A stretch of 64,000 nt of DNA from Anaeromyxobacter sp. (GTDB taxonomy: Bacteria; Myxococcota; Myxococcia; Myxococcales; Anaeromyxobacteraceae), in assembly GCA_049840735.1 (NCBI GenBank), contig JASGJN010000026.1, positions 448,001 to 512,000 of the forward strand, given 5' to 3'. A program made the position numbers and the translations under genes. Positions 54,120-64,000 of this stretch are shown piece by piece (the stretch's first letter is position 1; every line of letters starts with the position of its first letter). The notes under the pieces are model-generated. The model worked only from the letters and a program-made list of their open reading frames with translations. It did no database searches and was not told the origin of the DNA.

Positions 54120-54680
54120 ATGTACACCGCGCTCGAGGAGCGCCTGTTCCGCGCCCTGAACGCGGACGGCGGCCCCTGGCTCGACCGGCTGGCGACGCTG
54201 TTCGCGCCGGAGGAGACCGGCATCGCCTTCGGCCTGCTGCTGGCGCTGGCGCTCCTGTCGCTGCCGGGCCGCGAGGTGGGCCGCGCCGAGCGTGCCCGGC
54301 GGGTGGTGGCGCTGGGGCTGGCGGTGACGCTGAGCGACCTCCTGGGGAACGAGCTGATGCGGCCGCTCATCGGCCGCATGCGCCCGAACCACGCGCTGGA
54401 GGCGGTGCGCCAGCTGGCCCCGGGGCGCAACGTGGGCTCGCTCCCCAGCCTGCACGCCGCCAACTACGCAGCCATGGCCACCGTGGCCTTCGCGGGCGCC
54501 CGCTGGCTCGGGCTCCTGGCGGCCGGGGTGGCGGCGCTGGCCGCCTGGAGCCGCGTCTACGTGGGGGTGCACTGGCCCACCGACGTCCTGGCCGGCGCGG
54601 CCTGGGGCGTGGGCTGGGCCCTGGTCTCACTGCAGGTCACGCGCGGCGCGCTGCGCGCCTGGGTTCGCCGGCGCTGCTGA
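54120..54680 (+). CDS. PAP2 family membrane phosphatase
   Basis: R.RP, PSLHA, SRVYVGVHWPTDV. Confidence 0.88.
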   Translation: MYTALEERLFRALNADGGPWLDRLATLFAPEETGIAFGLLLALALLSLPGREVGRAERARRVVALGLAVTLSDLLGNELMRPLIGRMRPNHALEAVRQLAPGRNVGSLPSLHAANYAAMATVAFAGARWLGLLAAGVAALAAWSRVYVGVHWPTDVLAGAAWGVGWALVSLQVTRGALRAWVRRRC

Positions 54681-54846
54681 CGGCCGGACGTCCCCTGTGA
54701 GGGCGGGCGTCCGGCCGGACCCCCGGCAGGCCCCTGGCCCCTGTCGTCCGATCCGGGGGGACCCCTCCGGCCCTGACCCGTGCCATGATGCAGGCCGCAG
54801 CGCGGACGGCTGATCGCCCCTGCTCCGTCCGTACGCTCCTCCTCCG

Positions 54847-55249
54847 ATGCCCCAGGAACCCGCCAGACCCAACGCCCCCCGGCTGCTCCTCGTCGAGGAC
54901 GAGGAGTCGAATCCGGCTGCTCATGCTGCGCCGGCTCACGCTGCGTGGGTTCAGCGTGACGGCGGTGGGCAGCGCCGAGGAGGCGCTGGAGGCGGCGCCG
55001 GTCGGCGGCTTCGGCGCGGTGCTGCTCGACGCCGGCCTGCCGGGCATGAACGGCTGGGAGGCGCTGGCGGCGCTGCGGGCCGACGAGCGGACGCAGGCGC
55101 TGCCGGTGGTGCTGGTCACGGCCCACGCCTACTCGGCCGACCGCGATCGCGCCATGGCGCTGGGGGCCTCGGGGTTCTTCTCCAAGCCGGTCGACTTCGC
55201 GGCGCTGGTGGCGCTGCTGTGGGAGCTGGCGGGGGCGCGCGCGGCGTGA
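54847..55249 (+). CDS. Single-domain response regulator (apparent frameshift ~54910)
   Basis: RLLLVEDEES joins IRLLMLRRL..LLDAGLPGMNGW..VTAHA..SKPVD. Confidence 0.8.
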
Positions 55250-56412
55250 GCTGGCTGGAGCGGATCATCCCGGCGCGCCCGCCCCGCCCGACGCGGAGCG
55301 GGCTCCTGATCCTGGCGGCGCTGGTGGCCGCGGCGGTGGCCGTCGGGGTGGTGCTGCGGGCGCTCGGGCTGGACGACGCCGGCGTGCTGACCCTGGTCTG
55401 GGCGGTGCCGGCCGGCTGGATGCTGGGGGCGCGCGCCGGGCTGGCGGCCGGCGTGGCCGGGCTGGTGCTCGACGTGGTGCTCACCCGCACCGGCGTGAAC
55501 CCCGGGCCGCTGCGGGACGACTGGCCGGGGCTGGTGGCGGGGCTGCTGGTGCCGCCCGCGGCCGGCGCCGCGCGCAGCCTGGTGGAGAAGATGCAGGCGC
55601 AGGCGGCGCAGCTGGAGGCCGCGCGGGTGGAGGCCATCCGCGCCTCGCAGGCCAAGAGCGCCTTCCTGGCGCGCATGAGCCACGAGCTGCGCACGCCGCT
55701 GGCGTCGATCCTGGGCTACGCCGAGCTCCTGCAGGAGGAGGCGCGGGACGGGGCCCCGGAGGCGCTGGACGCCGACCTGAACCGGATCACCCAGGCGGCC
55801 CGCCACCTGATGGCGCTGGTGGAGGACCTGCTCGACCTGACCCGCATCGAGGCGCAGCAGCTCACGCTCACCTTCGAGCCCTTCTCGCCGGCGGCGATGG
55901 CCGCCGACGCGGCCGAGCTGATCCGGCCGCTGGCCGAGGCGGGCGGCAACCAGCTGGTGCTGGAGGTGGAGCGGGCGCCGGAGCGGCTGGTCTCGGACCA
56001 GCGCCGCTTCAAGCAGGTGCTGCTCAACCTGGCCGGGAACGCGGCCAAGTTCACGCGCCAGGGCACCGTCACGGTCATCGTGGAGCGGGCGCCGCGCGGC
56101 GAGGTGGCCGGGCTGGCGCTGCGGGTGAAGGACACCGGGCCGGGCATGACGCCGGAGGAGCAGCGGCGGCTCTTCGAGGAGTTCTACCAGGCGCCGCGGG
56201 CCCGGGCCTCGGGCAAGGGCACCGGCCTGGGGCTGGCCATCTCGCGGCGGCTCTGCGAGCTGCTGGGCGGCACGCTGGAGGTGGCCAGCGCGCCGGGCGA
56301 GGGGAGCACCTTCACGGCCTGGTTCCCGTCGGTGGAGAGCGCGGTGGCCTTCACCAGCGGCGTGGGTCAGAGCAGCCGGCCGGCCAGGACGATCGACGCC
56401 ACGGTGAAGTAG
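55246..56412 (+). CDS. Membrane sensor histidine kinase
   Basis: GTGA overlap, ~4 TM, AKSAFLARMSHELRTPL, NAAKFT, DTGPG, GTGLGL. Confidence 0.88.
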   Translation: MSWLERIIPARPPRPTRSGLLILAALVAAAVAVGVVLRALGLDDAGVLTLVWAVPAGWMLGARAGLAAGVAGLVLDVVLTRTGVNPGPLRDDWPGLVAGLLVPPAAGAARSLVEKMQAQAAQLEAARVEAIRASQAKSAFLARMSHELRTPLASILGYAELLQEEARDGAPEALDADLNRITQAARHLMALVEDLLDLTRIEAQQLTLTFEPFSPAAMAADAAELIRPLAEAGGNQLVLEVERAPERLVSDQRRFKQVLLNLAGNAAKFTRQGTVTVIVERAPRGEVAGLALRVKDTGPGMTPEEQRRLFEEFYQAPRARASGKGTGLGLAISRRLCELLGGTLEVASAPGEGSTFTAWFPSVESAVAFTSGVGQSSRPARTIDATVK

Positions 56413-57701
56413 ATCACCAGCCCGCTCACGTCCACCAGGGTGGCCACGAACGGCGCCGAGGCGCTGGCCGGGTCGAGCCCGAGCCGCCGCAGCAGGAAGG
56501 GCAGCATCGAGCCGGCCAGGCAGCCCCACAGCACCACGCCGACGAGCGAGAGCCCCACGGTGGCGGCCACCGCCACGGCGTGCTCGCCGTAGGTGTGGAA
56601 CATCCCCTGCCAGACCAGGATGCGGGTGACGCCGATGGCGCCCAGGATCAGCCCCAGCCCCAGCCCGGAGAAGACCTCCCGCCGCGCCACGCGCCACCAG
56701 TCGCGCAGCCGCACCTCCCCCAGCGCCATGGCGCGGATCACCAGCGTGGTGGCCTGCGAGCCGGAGTTGCCGCCGGAGGAGATGATGAGCGGGACGAAGA
56801 GGGCCAGCACCACCGCCTTGGCGATCTCGTCCTCGTAGGAGGCCATGGCGGTGGCGGTCAGCATCTCGCCCAGGAAGAGCGCGGCCAGCCAGCCGGCCCG
56901 CTTCTTAACCATCGACCCCATCGACATGTCGAGGTAGGGCGCGCCCAGGGCCTCGGTGCCGCCCAGGCGCTGGATGTCCTCGGTGGCCTCCTCCTGCACC
57001 ACGTCCACGATGTCGTCGACGGTCACGAGGCCGCGCATCCGGCCCTCGGCGTCCACCACCGGCACGGCGATCAGGTCGTGCTGGGCGAAGACGCGGCTGA
57101 CCGCCTCCTGGTCCATGTCGTCGCGCACCGTCACCACGTCGCGGACCATCGCGTCCTGCACCTGCTGGTCGGGGCGGGCGGTGAAGAGGTCGCGGAACGA
57201 GGTCACGCCCAGCAGGCGCTGATCCGCGTCGAGGACGTAGGCGTAGTAGATGGTCTCGACCCGGTCCCGCGCCTGGCGGCGCAGGTAGGTGATGGCCTCG
57301 TCCACGCTCATGTCCGGCCGCACGCGCGCGAAGCGCGGGTTCATCAGGCCGCCGGCGTCGTCCTCGGCGTAGGCCAGCAGCGCCGAGACCTCGCGCCGGG
57401 TCGCCTCGTCGAGGAGCGCCAGCAGCCCCGGCCGCTCCTCCGGCGGGTGGAGTTGGAGGAGGTCGGCGGTGTCGTCGGGGGCCAGGAGCCGCAGCCAGGC
57501 GCGCCGCTCCGCCTGCGGCAGGCTGGAGAGCAGGTGGAGCTGGTCGCGCGACGAGCTCTCCAGGAAGAAGTCCTCCTGGTCGATCCGGCCCAGCGCGTGA
57601 AACCCTTCGGCCCGCTCCTCGTCGGAGAGGAGGTCCCAGGTCTCGCGCAGCTCCTCCGGAGTCAGGGCGAGGTCGAGGGAGGGCTCTGGCGGGGTGGTCA
57701 C
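56367..57701 (-). CDS. mgtE: Magnesium transporter MgtE
   Basis: AGGLM, CBS pair, EEATEDI, SGGNSGSQ, DPASASAPFVATLVD. Confidence 0.95.
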   Translation of the reverse strand: MTTPPEPSLDLALTPEELRETWDLLSDEERAEGFHALGRIDQEDFFLESSSRDQLHLLSSLPQAERRAWLRLLAPDDTADLLQLHPPEERPGLLALLDEATRREVSALLAYAEDDAGGLMNPRFARVRPDMSVDEAITYLRRQARDRVETIYYAYVLDADQRLLGVTSFRDLFTARPDQQVQDAMVRDVVTVRDDMDQEAVSRVFAQHDLIAVPVVDAEGRMRGLVTVDDIVDVVQEEATEDIQRLGGTEALGAPYLDMSMGSMVKKRAGWLAALFLGEMLTATAMASYEDEIAKAVVLALFVPLIISSGGNSGSQATTLVIRAMALGEVRLRDWWRVARREVFSGLGLGLILGAIGVTRILVWQGMFHTYGEHAVAVAATVGLSLVGVVLWGCLAGSMLPFLLRRLGLDPASASAPFVATLVDVSGLVIYFTVASIVLAGRLL

Positions 57702-57889
57702 TGTGGATCTCCGGCGCGACGGTGCCACTTCCTAACCCACCTGGCGCACGCTGGCACGCGCGGAGTCGCGGGCGCCGGGCCGCTGCGCGCGCCCCGGCGC
57801 ACCCGCCTGCACCGCACCCACCGGGGGAACGGGTCAGGCCAGGAGCCGGGCTTGACGGGTCCGGAGCGCTGTGGCCGTATCATGCCATC

Positions 57890-57901
57890 GCAAACGTTTG
57901 C
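57890..57901. promoter_or_regulatory. LacI-family (RbsR-type) operator GCAAACGTTTGC
   Basis: Perfect 12-bp palindrome with the LacI-family AAAC-GTTT core, upstream of rbsR-rbsK. It is preceded by TTGACG (57852) and TATCAT (57878), but their 20-bp spacing is non-canonical. Confidence 0.75.
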
Positions 57902-58085
57902 TCGGCGTGCTCCAGCGGTCGCCGGGCGGCGGCGCGTCGCCTGCCCGTCAGGGGCGGTGGAGGCGCCGGGATGCCGGACGTTGTGTTCGGCCGCGCGGGG
58001 CCGGACCAGCGTATGATCGTGCAGGTGCTTGTGGCCCGGCGCGGGCGCGCGCGGGAGCGACGGCTGGGAGGGGCCGAGAGAAGAC

Positions 58086-59123
58086 ATGGCGACCATCAAG
58101 GACGTGGCTGCGCTGGCCGGAGTGTCCTACACGACGGTCTCGCACGTGCTGAACGAGACGCGGCCGGTGCTGCCCGGCACGCGCGAGCGCGTGCTGGCCG
58201 CGGCCCGGAAGCTGGACTACGAGCCCAGCGCGGTGGCCCGCTCGCTCAAGCACCAGGTCACGCACACCGTCGGCCTGCTGGTCCCCAACAGCACCAACCC
58301 GTACTTCGCCGAGCTGGCGCGCGGCATCGAGGACGCCTGCTTCGCGGCCGGCCACAGCCTGATCCTCTGCTCGTCGGACGACGAGCCGGAGCGGCAGGCG
58401 GCGTACCTGAGATTGCTGCGGCAGAAGCGCGTGGACGGGATCGTCGTCGCGTCCGCCAGCGACGAGCCGCGCTGGGTGGGCGCGCTGCGCGACCTGCGCC
58501 TCCCGCTGGTGGTGGTGGACCGCGGAATCGGCGGCCTCTCCGCCGACCTGGTGCAGGTGGACAACGAGCGCGGCGGGGCGCTGGCGGCAGAGCACCTGCT
58601 CTCCCTGGGGCACGAGGCCATCGCCTGCATCACCGGCCCGCCGGGGCTGAGCGTGGACCGCGACCGGCTCCGCGGTTTCCGCCGGGCGCTGGCGGCCGGC
58701 GGCGTGAAGCTGCCGGAGGGCCGGGTGCTGGAGAGCGACTTCACCGCCCCGGGCGGCCGCAAGGCGGCGCTGGAGCTGCTGGAGAGGACGCCGCGGCTCA
58801 CCGCCCTCTTCGTCTTCAACGACCTGATGGCCATCGGCGCGCTGCGCGCGGCGGCCGAGCTGGGGCTCCCGGTGCCGGGGCGGCTCTCGGTGGTCGGCTT
58901 CGACGACGTGGAGCTGTCACGGTACGTTTACCCGTCGCTCACCACGGTGGGCCAGTCCATCCGCAAGCTGGGCGAGGCCACCGTCGAGGCGCTCTTCGCG
59001 CGGGCGGCGCGCAGGGAGGAGGCGCCGCGCAGGGTGCGGCTGCGCCCCATGCTGCACGCCCGCGAGAGCACCGGCCCTGCGCCGGGCGCCGCGCAGGCGA
59101 AGGAGGGGAGGCGGACGCCGTGA
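58086..59123 (+). CDS. rbsR: LacI-family ribose operon repressor
   Basis: MATIKDVA..AGVS.TTVSHVLN, ARSLK, NPYFAELARGIED, GFDD. Translationally coupled to ribokinase. Confidence 0.85.
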   Translation: MATIKDVAALAGVSYTTVSHVLNETRPVLPGTRERVLAAARKLDYEPSAVARSLKHQVTHTVGLLVPNSTNPYFAELARGIEDACFAAGHSLILCSSDDEPERQAAYLRLLRQKRVDGIVVASASDEPRWVGALRDLRLPLVVVDRGIGGLSADLVQVDNERGGALAAEHLLSLGHEAIACITGPPGLSVDRDRLRGFRRALAAGGVKLPEGRVLESDFTAPGGRKAALELLERTPRLTALFVFNDLMAIGALRAAAELGLPVPGRLSVVGFDDVELSRYVYPSLTTVGQSIRKLGEATVEALFARAARREEAPRRVRLRPMLHARESTGPAPGAAQAKEGRRTP

Positions 59124-60023
59124 CCTCGCCGCAGGTGGTGGTGGTGGGCAGCCTCAACATGGACCTGGTGGCGCGCGCGGCGCGCCTGCCGGTCCCGGGC
59201 GACCGTGCCCGGCGAGGCCTTCACCACCGTGCCGGGCGGCAAGGGCGGCAACCAGGCGGTGGCCGCGGCGCGGCTGGGCGCCCGCACGGCGCTGGTGGGC
59301 TGCCTCGGCGACGACGGGTTCGGCGCGCAGCTCCGGGCAGTCCTGGCGGCGGACGGCATCGAGCTGTCCGCGGTGCGGACCGCGGCCGGCACCTCCTCCG
59401 GCGTGGCGCTGATCGTGGTGGACGGCGCGGGGCGCAACGGGATCGTGGTGGTGCCGGGCGCGAACGGCCTGCTCGCGCCGGACGACGTGGAGGCCGCCGC
59501 GCCGCTCCTGGCGGCCGCCCAAGTGGTGGTGCTGCAGCTGGAGACGCCGCTCGAGACCGTGACCCGCGCGGCCGAGCGCGCCCGGGCGCTGGGCAAGCAG
59601 GTGGTGCTCAACCCGGCGCCGGCGCGGCCGCTCCCCGACGCGCTGCTGCGGCTGGTGGACTGGCTGGTGCCCAACGAGACCGAGGCCGCCGCGCTCTCCG
59701 GGCTGCCGGTGGGGTCGCTGGCCGAGGCCGAGGCGGCCGCGCGGGCGCTCCAGGCGCGCGGCGCGCGGCAGGTGCTGGTCACCCTGGGTGAGCAGGGGGC
59801 GCTGGTGGCGGGCGCCGGCCCGGCGCAGCACTTCCCCGCGCCCCGGGTGAAGGCCGTGGACACCACCGCGGCGGGGGACACCTTCATCGGCGGGTTCTGC
59901 GTGGGGCTGGTGGAGGGCAAGACCATCCCAGAGGCGGTCGGGCTGGCGCAGGCCGCCGCGGCCCTGAGCGTGACCCGCTTCGGAGCGCAGCCCTCCATCC
60001 CGCGCCGCGCCGAGCTGGGCTGA
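59120..60023 (+). CDS. rbsK: Ribokinase (apparent 2-bp deletion ~59200)
   Basis: VVVGSLNMDLV, PG(ET)V, GGKGGNQAVAAARLG, QLE, NPAPA, PNETE, DTTAAGDTF. Confidence 0.92.
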
Positions 60024-60115
60024 TCCCTGGGGCGGAGGGCGGGGCGGCGGCCCCGCGCCGCGCTGCGGCAAACTGCATGCGGCGGCCGGGGCCGGCCGGT
60101 GCCACACTCGGCGCC

Positions 60116-60560
60116 ATGGACGGGAGCGCCGACGGCACCGCTGTCACCCGCGCGTTCGTGGCCAGGCACCAGGTCCACTACGACGTCCGCGACGAGATCG
60201 AGGTGGTGGACGAGCAGCGGATCAGGACCGGCTACACGCTGCGGCTGTGGGGCGTGGTACCGGCCGGCGGCCCCGAGCTGCTGCCGGCCGAGGTCCCCAC
60301 CTCGCCCCTGGCCCACGGCCTCTCGCACCTGGCCGAGCACGCCATCCCGGTGGCCCGGGGCCGGACCTCGGTGCTGATCGAGCCGCCCGGCCCGGCCCTC
60401 TACGCGTCACGGGTGGTGAACGGCGCCGACGAGAATCGCGCTCGACGTGCGGATCGTCACCGGCCAGCTCTCCGGGATCCCGGCCGGCGCCCCGGAGGCG
60501 GCCTGCCTCAAGGCCGTCCGCCAGACGCTGGAGCAGCTGGGGGCGAAGCAGCGGGACTGA
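60116..60560 (+). CDS. Hypothetical protein (apparent frameshift ~60434)
   Basis: MDGSADG..GADE joins IALDVRIV..CLKAVRQTLEQLGAKQRD* if AGAATCG is read as AGATCG. Confidence 0.55.
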
Positions 60561-60663
60561 GCGAGGCGGCCTGGGGCCACCCCACGCCGCCCCGCCGCGC
60601 CGGGCGCGGGGGCCAGGACGCATCCGCCTGCAGGCGGCCCCGAGGTGAGGTAGAACGGCCGGC

Positions 60664-61875
60664 ATGCGCGCCCCGGCCACCTTCCTCCTGCTGCTCGCGT
60701 ACCTGGCCTTCGTCTCGCTGGGACTGCCCGACACCGTGCTGGGCGTGGCCTGGCCCTCGCTGCGCGGCGCCTTCGACCTCTCGCAAGCCGGCATGAGCGC
60801 CGTGCTGGTCTCGCAGGTCAGCGGGTACTTCCTCTCCGGGCTGGTGGCGGGGCGGCTGGTGGGGAAGCTGGGCGTGGGCGGGCTCCTGGCCGGGAGCAGC
60901 CTGCTGGTGGCGCTGGGGCTGGCCGGCTACGCCGCCGCCCCGGCCTGGGCGCTCTTCTTCCCCTGGGCCGCCGTGATCGGCCTCGGCTCCGGCGCCATCG
61001 ACGCCGGCATCAACGGCTACGCCGCGCGCCACTTCCCGGTGCGCCACCTCAACTGGCTGCACGCGTTCTGGAGCGTCGGCGCCACCGCCGGCCCCGCCAT
61101 CATGACCGCGCTCATCGCCGGGGGGGCTGGCTGGCGCGCCGGCTACGCCGTGCTCTCCGCCGCGCTGGCCGCCATGACCGCCGCGTTCTTCATCACCCGG
61201 AGCAGCTGGAACGACCCCGCCGCGCCGCCGCAGCCCGCCCCCGCCGGCGAGGATGGCCAGCCTCCGCCGCACGCGCCCATCGCCGACGAGCCGCTCGCCC
61301 AGGTGCTCCGGCGCGGGCGGGTCTGGCTGCAAATCGCGATCTTCTTCTGCTACACCGGCCTCGAGGCCGGCACAGGTGCCTGGTGCTTCACCGTCCTGCG
61401 CGAGGCGCGCGGGCTCTCGGTGGAGGCCGCCGGCGCGCTGACCACGGTCTTCTGGGGCAGCCTCACCGCCGGCCGCATCGCCATGGGGTTCGTGGTGGAT
61501 CGGGTGGGCGCGGATCGCCTGCTCCGGCTCGCCACCCTCGGCGCGCTGGCCGGCGCCACGCTGTTCGCCGCCGGCGGCGCCGTGGGGGGCGGCGCCGGGC
61601 TGGTGGTGCTGGGTGTCTGCCTGGCCCCGCTCTTCCCCACGCTGATGGCGCGGACCCCGGCCCGCCTCGGCGCCGGCGCGACCGCGCACGCCGTCGGCTT
61701 CCAGGTGAGCGCCGCCACGCTCGGCTCGGCCGTGATGCCGTCGGTGGCCGGCTTCCTGGCGCAGCGGATCGGCCTGGGCGCCGTCGGCCCGTGGCTGGCC
61801 CTGCTGGCGCTGGCGCTGCTGGCGCTGCACGAGACGCTGCTGAAGGTGACGCGGGTGAGGGTGGCGGAGGCCTGA
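60664..61875 (+). CDS. MFS transporter
   Basis: 12 hydrophobic segments, FVSLGLPD..LGVAWP, GAIDAG.N, NWLHAFW. Confidence 0.88.
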   Translation: MRAPATFLLLLAYLAFVSLGLPDTVLGVAWPSLRGAFDLSQAGMSAVLVSQVSGYFLSGLVAGRLVGKLGVGGLLAGSSLLVALGLAGYAAAPAWALFFPWAAVIGLGSGAIDAGINGYAARHFPVRHLNWLHAFWSVGATAGPAIMTALIAGGAGWRAGYAVLSAALAAMTAAFFITRSSWNDPAAPPQPAPAGEDGQPPPHAPIADEPLAQVLRRGRVWLQIAIFFCYTGLEAGTGAWCFTVLREARGLSVEAAGALTTVFWGSLTAGRIAMGFVVDRVGADRLLRLATLGALAGATLFAAGGAVGGGAGLVVLGVCLAPLFPTLMARTPARLGAGATAHAVGFQVSAATLGSAVMPSVAGFLAQRIGLGAVGPWLALLALALLALHETLLKVTRVRVAEA

Positions 61876-61891
61876 CCCGGAACGCAGGCCG

Positions 61892-62956
61892 CTACAGCTG
61901 GCTGGCCGTGAGGCTGTCATCCGCCGCGAAGACGCGGGCCCGGCGCGGCGCCAGGTGGACCTGCTCGCCGGCCGCGAGCGCCAGGCGCTCCGCGGTGCGG
62001 GTCTCCACCTCGACCTCGATGGGCCCGTCGTGCGCCGCCGAGCTGAGCTCCACCCGGACCGCCGAGCCCAGCGGGACCACGCGGTCCACGCGGGCCGGGA
62101 AGGCGCCCGCCGCCGGGTCGCGCTGGATCTCCAGCTCGTGCGGGCGGACGAAGACGTGGGCCCGGCCCGGCGCGCGCCGGCCCGCGTCGGCGAAGGGGAC
62201 GCCGTTGAGCCAGGCCTGGCCGCGCTCGATGCGGCCGTGGAAGACGTTCACCGCGCCCAGGAAGCGCATCACGAACGGGCTGGCCGGCTCCTCGAAGACC
62301 TGCGCCGGCGTGCCCACCTGCTCGATCCGCCCCGCGTTCATCAGGACCACGCGGTCGGCCACCTCGAAGGCCTCCTCCTGGTCGTGCGTGACGAAGACGC
62401 TGGTCACGTGCAGCTCGTCGTGCAGCCGCCGCAGCCAGCGGCGCAGGTCCTGGCGCACGCGCGCGTCCAGCGCGCCGAAGGGCTCGTCCAGCAGGAGGAA
62501 GCGCGGCGCCGTGGCCAGCGCGCGGGCCAGCGCCACGCGCTGCCGCTGGCCGCCCGAGAGCTGCTGCGGGTAGCGGTTGCGGTAGCCGTCCAGCTGGACC
62601 AGCGAGAGCAGCTCGTCCACCCGCGCCTTCACCTCGGCGCGCGGCCGCTTGCGGACCCGCAGCGCGAAGGCCACGTTCTCGGCCACCGTGAGGTGGCGGA
62701 AGAGCGCGTAGTGCTGGAAGACCACGCCCACGTTCCGCTCGCGCGCCGAGCGGGCCGACAGGTCCTCCCCGTCGTGCCGCACCGCGCCCGCGTCCGGGTG
62801 CTCCAGGCCGGCGATGATCCGGAGCAGCGTGGTCTTGCCGCAGCCCGACGGGCCCAGCAGCGCCACCAGCTCGCCGGAGGGGACCTGCAGCGACACGTCG
62901 CGCAGGACCGGGTGGCCGTCGAAGGACTTCCGGATGCCCTGGACCTCGATGCTCAT
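61892..62956 (-). CDS. cysA: Sulfate/thiosulfate ABC transporter ATP-binding protein
   Basis: [50 protein letters not shown]. Confidence 0.93.
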   Translation of the reverse strand: MSIEVQGIRKSFDGHPVLRDVSLQVPSGELVALLGPSGCGKTTLLRIIAGLEHPDAGAVRHDGEDLSARSARERNVGVVFQHYALFRHLTVAENVAFALRVRKRPRAEVKARVDELLSLVQLDGYRNRYPQQLSGGQRQRVALARALATAPRFLLLDEPFGALDARVRQDLRRWLRRLHDELHVTSVFVTHDQEEAFEVADRVVLMNAGRIEQVGTPAQVFEEPASPFVMRFLGAVNVFHGRIERGQAWLNGVPFADAGRRAPGRAHVFVRPHELEIQRDPAAGAFPARVDRVVPLGSAVRVELSSAAHDGPIEVEVETRTAERLALAAGEQVHLAPRRARVFAADDSLTASQL

Positions 62957-63939
62957 GGGATGGCCTCCTCGGCCGCTTCGCGGGACACCGCCCGGGGCTC
63001 CGCCGCCGCGCCGTCGCCCTCGACGGCGGGCGCCGCGGCCTGCGCCGCGTCGCGGTGGGCCCGCCGCTGGTGCCACTCCAGCGCCTGCTTGGCCACCAGC
63101 GTGACCAGCGCGAGCAGGAAGAGCAGGGAGGCCACCGCGAAGGCCGCCTGGAACGCGTACTCGTTGTAGAGGATCTCGACGTGCAGCGGGATGGTGTTGG
63201 TCAGCCCGCGGATGTGGCCCGACACCACCGAGACCGCGCCGAACTCGCCCATCGCCCGGGCGTTGCAGAGGATCACGCCGTAGAGCAGGCTCCACTTCAC
63301 GTTGGGGAGCGTGACGCGGGTGAGGATCTGCCAGCCGTTCGCGCCCAGCGTCAGCGCCGCCTCCTCCTCCTCGATGCCCTGCGCCTGCATGAAGGGGATG
63401 AGCTCGCGGGCCACGAAGGGGAAGGTGACGAAGACCGTGGCCAGCACGATGCCCGGCACCGCGAAGACGATCTTCACGCCGTGGTCGATGAGGAAGGGGC
63501 CCAGCCAGCCGTGCGCCCCGAAGAGCAGCACCGTCACCATCCCGGAGATGACCGGCGAGACGCCGAAGGGCAGGTCGATGAGCGAGAGCAGCGCGCTCTT
63601 CCCGCGGTAGCGGAAGCGCGTCACCGACCAGGCCGCGGCCAGGCCGAAGAGCGTGTTGAGCGGGACGGCGAAGAGCGCCACCAGCCCCGTGAGCCGGATG
63701 GCCGCCAGCGCGTCCGGGTCCACCAGGGCCTTCCACCAGAGCGCCAGCCCCTTGCGCAGCGCCTCGTGGACCACGCTCGCCGCCGGGACCAGCACCAGCA
63801 GCGAGAGCAGCAGCAGGGCCAGGGCCGTCAGGCTCCAGCGCACCCAGGCCGGATCCTGCGTGGCCGGGCGGACGCGGGGCGCGCCGCGGGCGGGGGCGGC
63901 CGGGGAGGCCAGCGCGGCGGCGTCGGCGGAGGCGCTCAT
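62953..63939 (-). CDS. cysW: Sulfate ABC transporter permease CysW
   Basis: [51 protein letters not shown]. Confidence 0.95.
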   Translation of the reverse strand: MSASADAAALASPAAPARGAPRVRPATQDPAWVRWSLTALALLLLSLLVLVPAASVVHEALRKGLALWWKALVDPDALAAIRLTGLVALFAVPLNTLFGLAAAWSVTRFRYRGKSALLSLIDLPFGVSPVISGMVTVLLFGAHGWLGPFLIDHGVKIVFAVPGIVLATVFVTFPFVARELIPFMQAQGIEEEEAALTLGANGWQILTRVTLPNVKWSLLYGVILCNARAMGEFGAVSVVSGHIRGLTNTIPLHVEILYNEYAFQAAFAVASLLFLLALVTLVAKQALEWHQRRAHRDAAQAAAPAVEGDGAAAEPRAVSREAAEEAIP

Positions 63940-64000
63940 GCGTGCCCCGTGCGCTGCCGGGTCCAGGCCTGGAGCCGGTTGATGGCCAGCAGCAGGAGGA
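63936..64000 (-). CDS. cysT: 3' end of sulfate ABC permease CysT (partial)
   Basis: [11 protein letters not shown] with its stop overlapping the cysW ATG. The order cysT-cysW-cysA is the expected one. Confidence 0.7.
   Translation of the reverse strand, partial: LLLLAINRLQAWTRQRTGHA

Noticed and set aside
56367..56412. Convergent 3' overlaps (kinase/mgtE here; kinase/DedA at 8153-8214) as a special regulatory device
   Set aside because: Short tail-to-tail overlaps are common in GC-rich genomes where stop codons are rare.
57700..57890. M-box/Mg2+ riboswitch upstream of mgtE
   Set aside because: No recognisable consensus by eye in the short GC-rich leader. An Rfam scan would be needed to exclude it formally.

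Overview
A very GC-rich, gene-dense bacterial window. Gene content (DUF2378/TIGR02265-like protein, MYXO-CTERM-like sorting motif, many hybrid kinases) points to Myxococcota, probably Anaeromyxobacter-like; this is inferred from family recognition only. Contents in order: (1) a five-gene lipid cluster (GT4/PimA-like glycosyltransferase, two acyltransferases, LpxH-like metallophosphoesterase, MMPL/RND transporter); (2) two-component genes and DedA; (3) an encapsulated-ferritin + family 1 encapsulin pair; (4) a ~10 kb starch/maltodextrin locus (GH13 lipoprotein, MalK/E/F/G, stand-alone DOMON-like and CBM41-like proteins, LamB); (5) a 1714-aa kelch/Ig surface protein with an internal MYXO-CTERM-like motif and a second signal peptide, fused to a TraB-like beta-barrel/OmpA module, which is the best candidate for a novel system; (6) a repeat-rich intergenic patch and a second GH13; (7) housekeeping and signalling genes (panE, GcvH-like, ACAD, M64 peptidase, ilvD, RsmB-like, NtrC-like, mgtE, rbsR-rbsK, cysT/W/A). 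About 16 genes-internal frameshifts are visible. Ten fall on one hexamer (AGAYCG/CGRTCT), which suggests long-read basecalling errors at a modified-DNA motif rather than true pseudogenes. I recognised no rRNA, tRNA, CRISPR array or transposase. All family assignments come from motifs read by eye; no searches were run.
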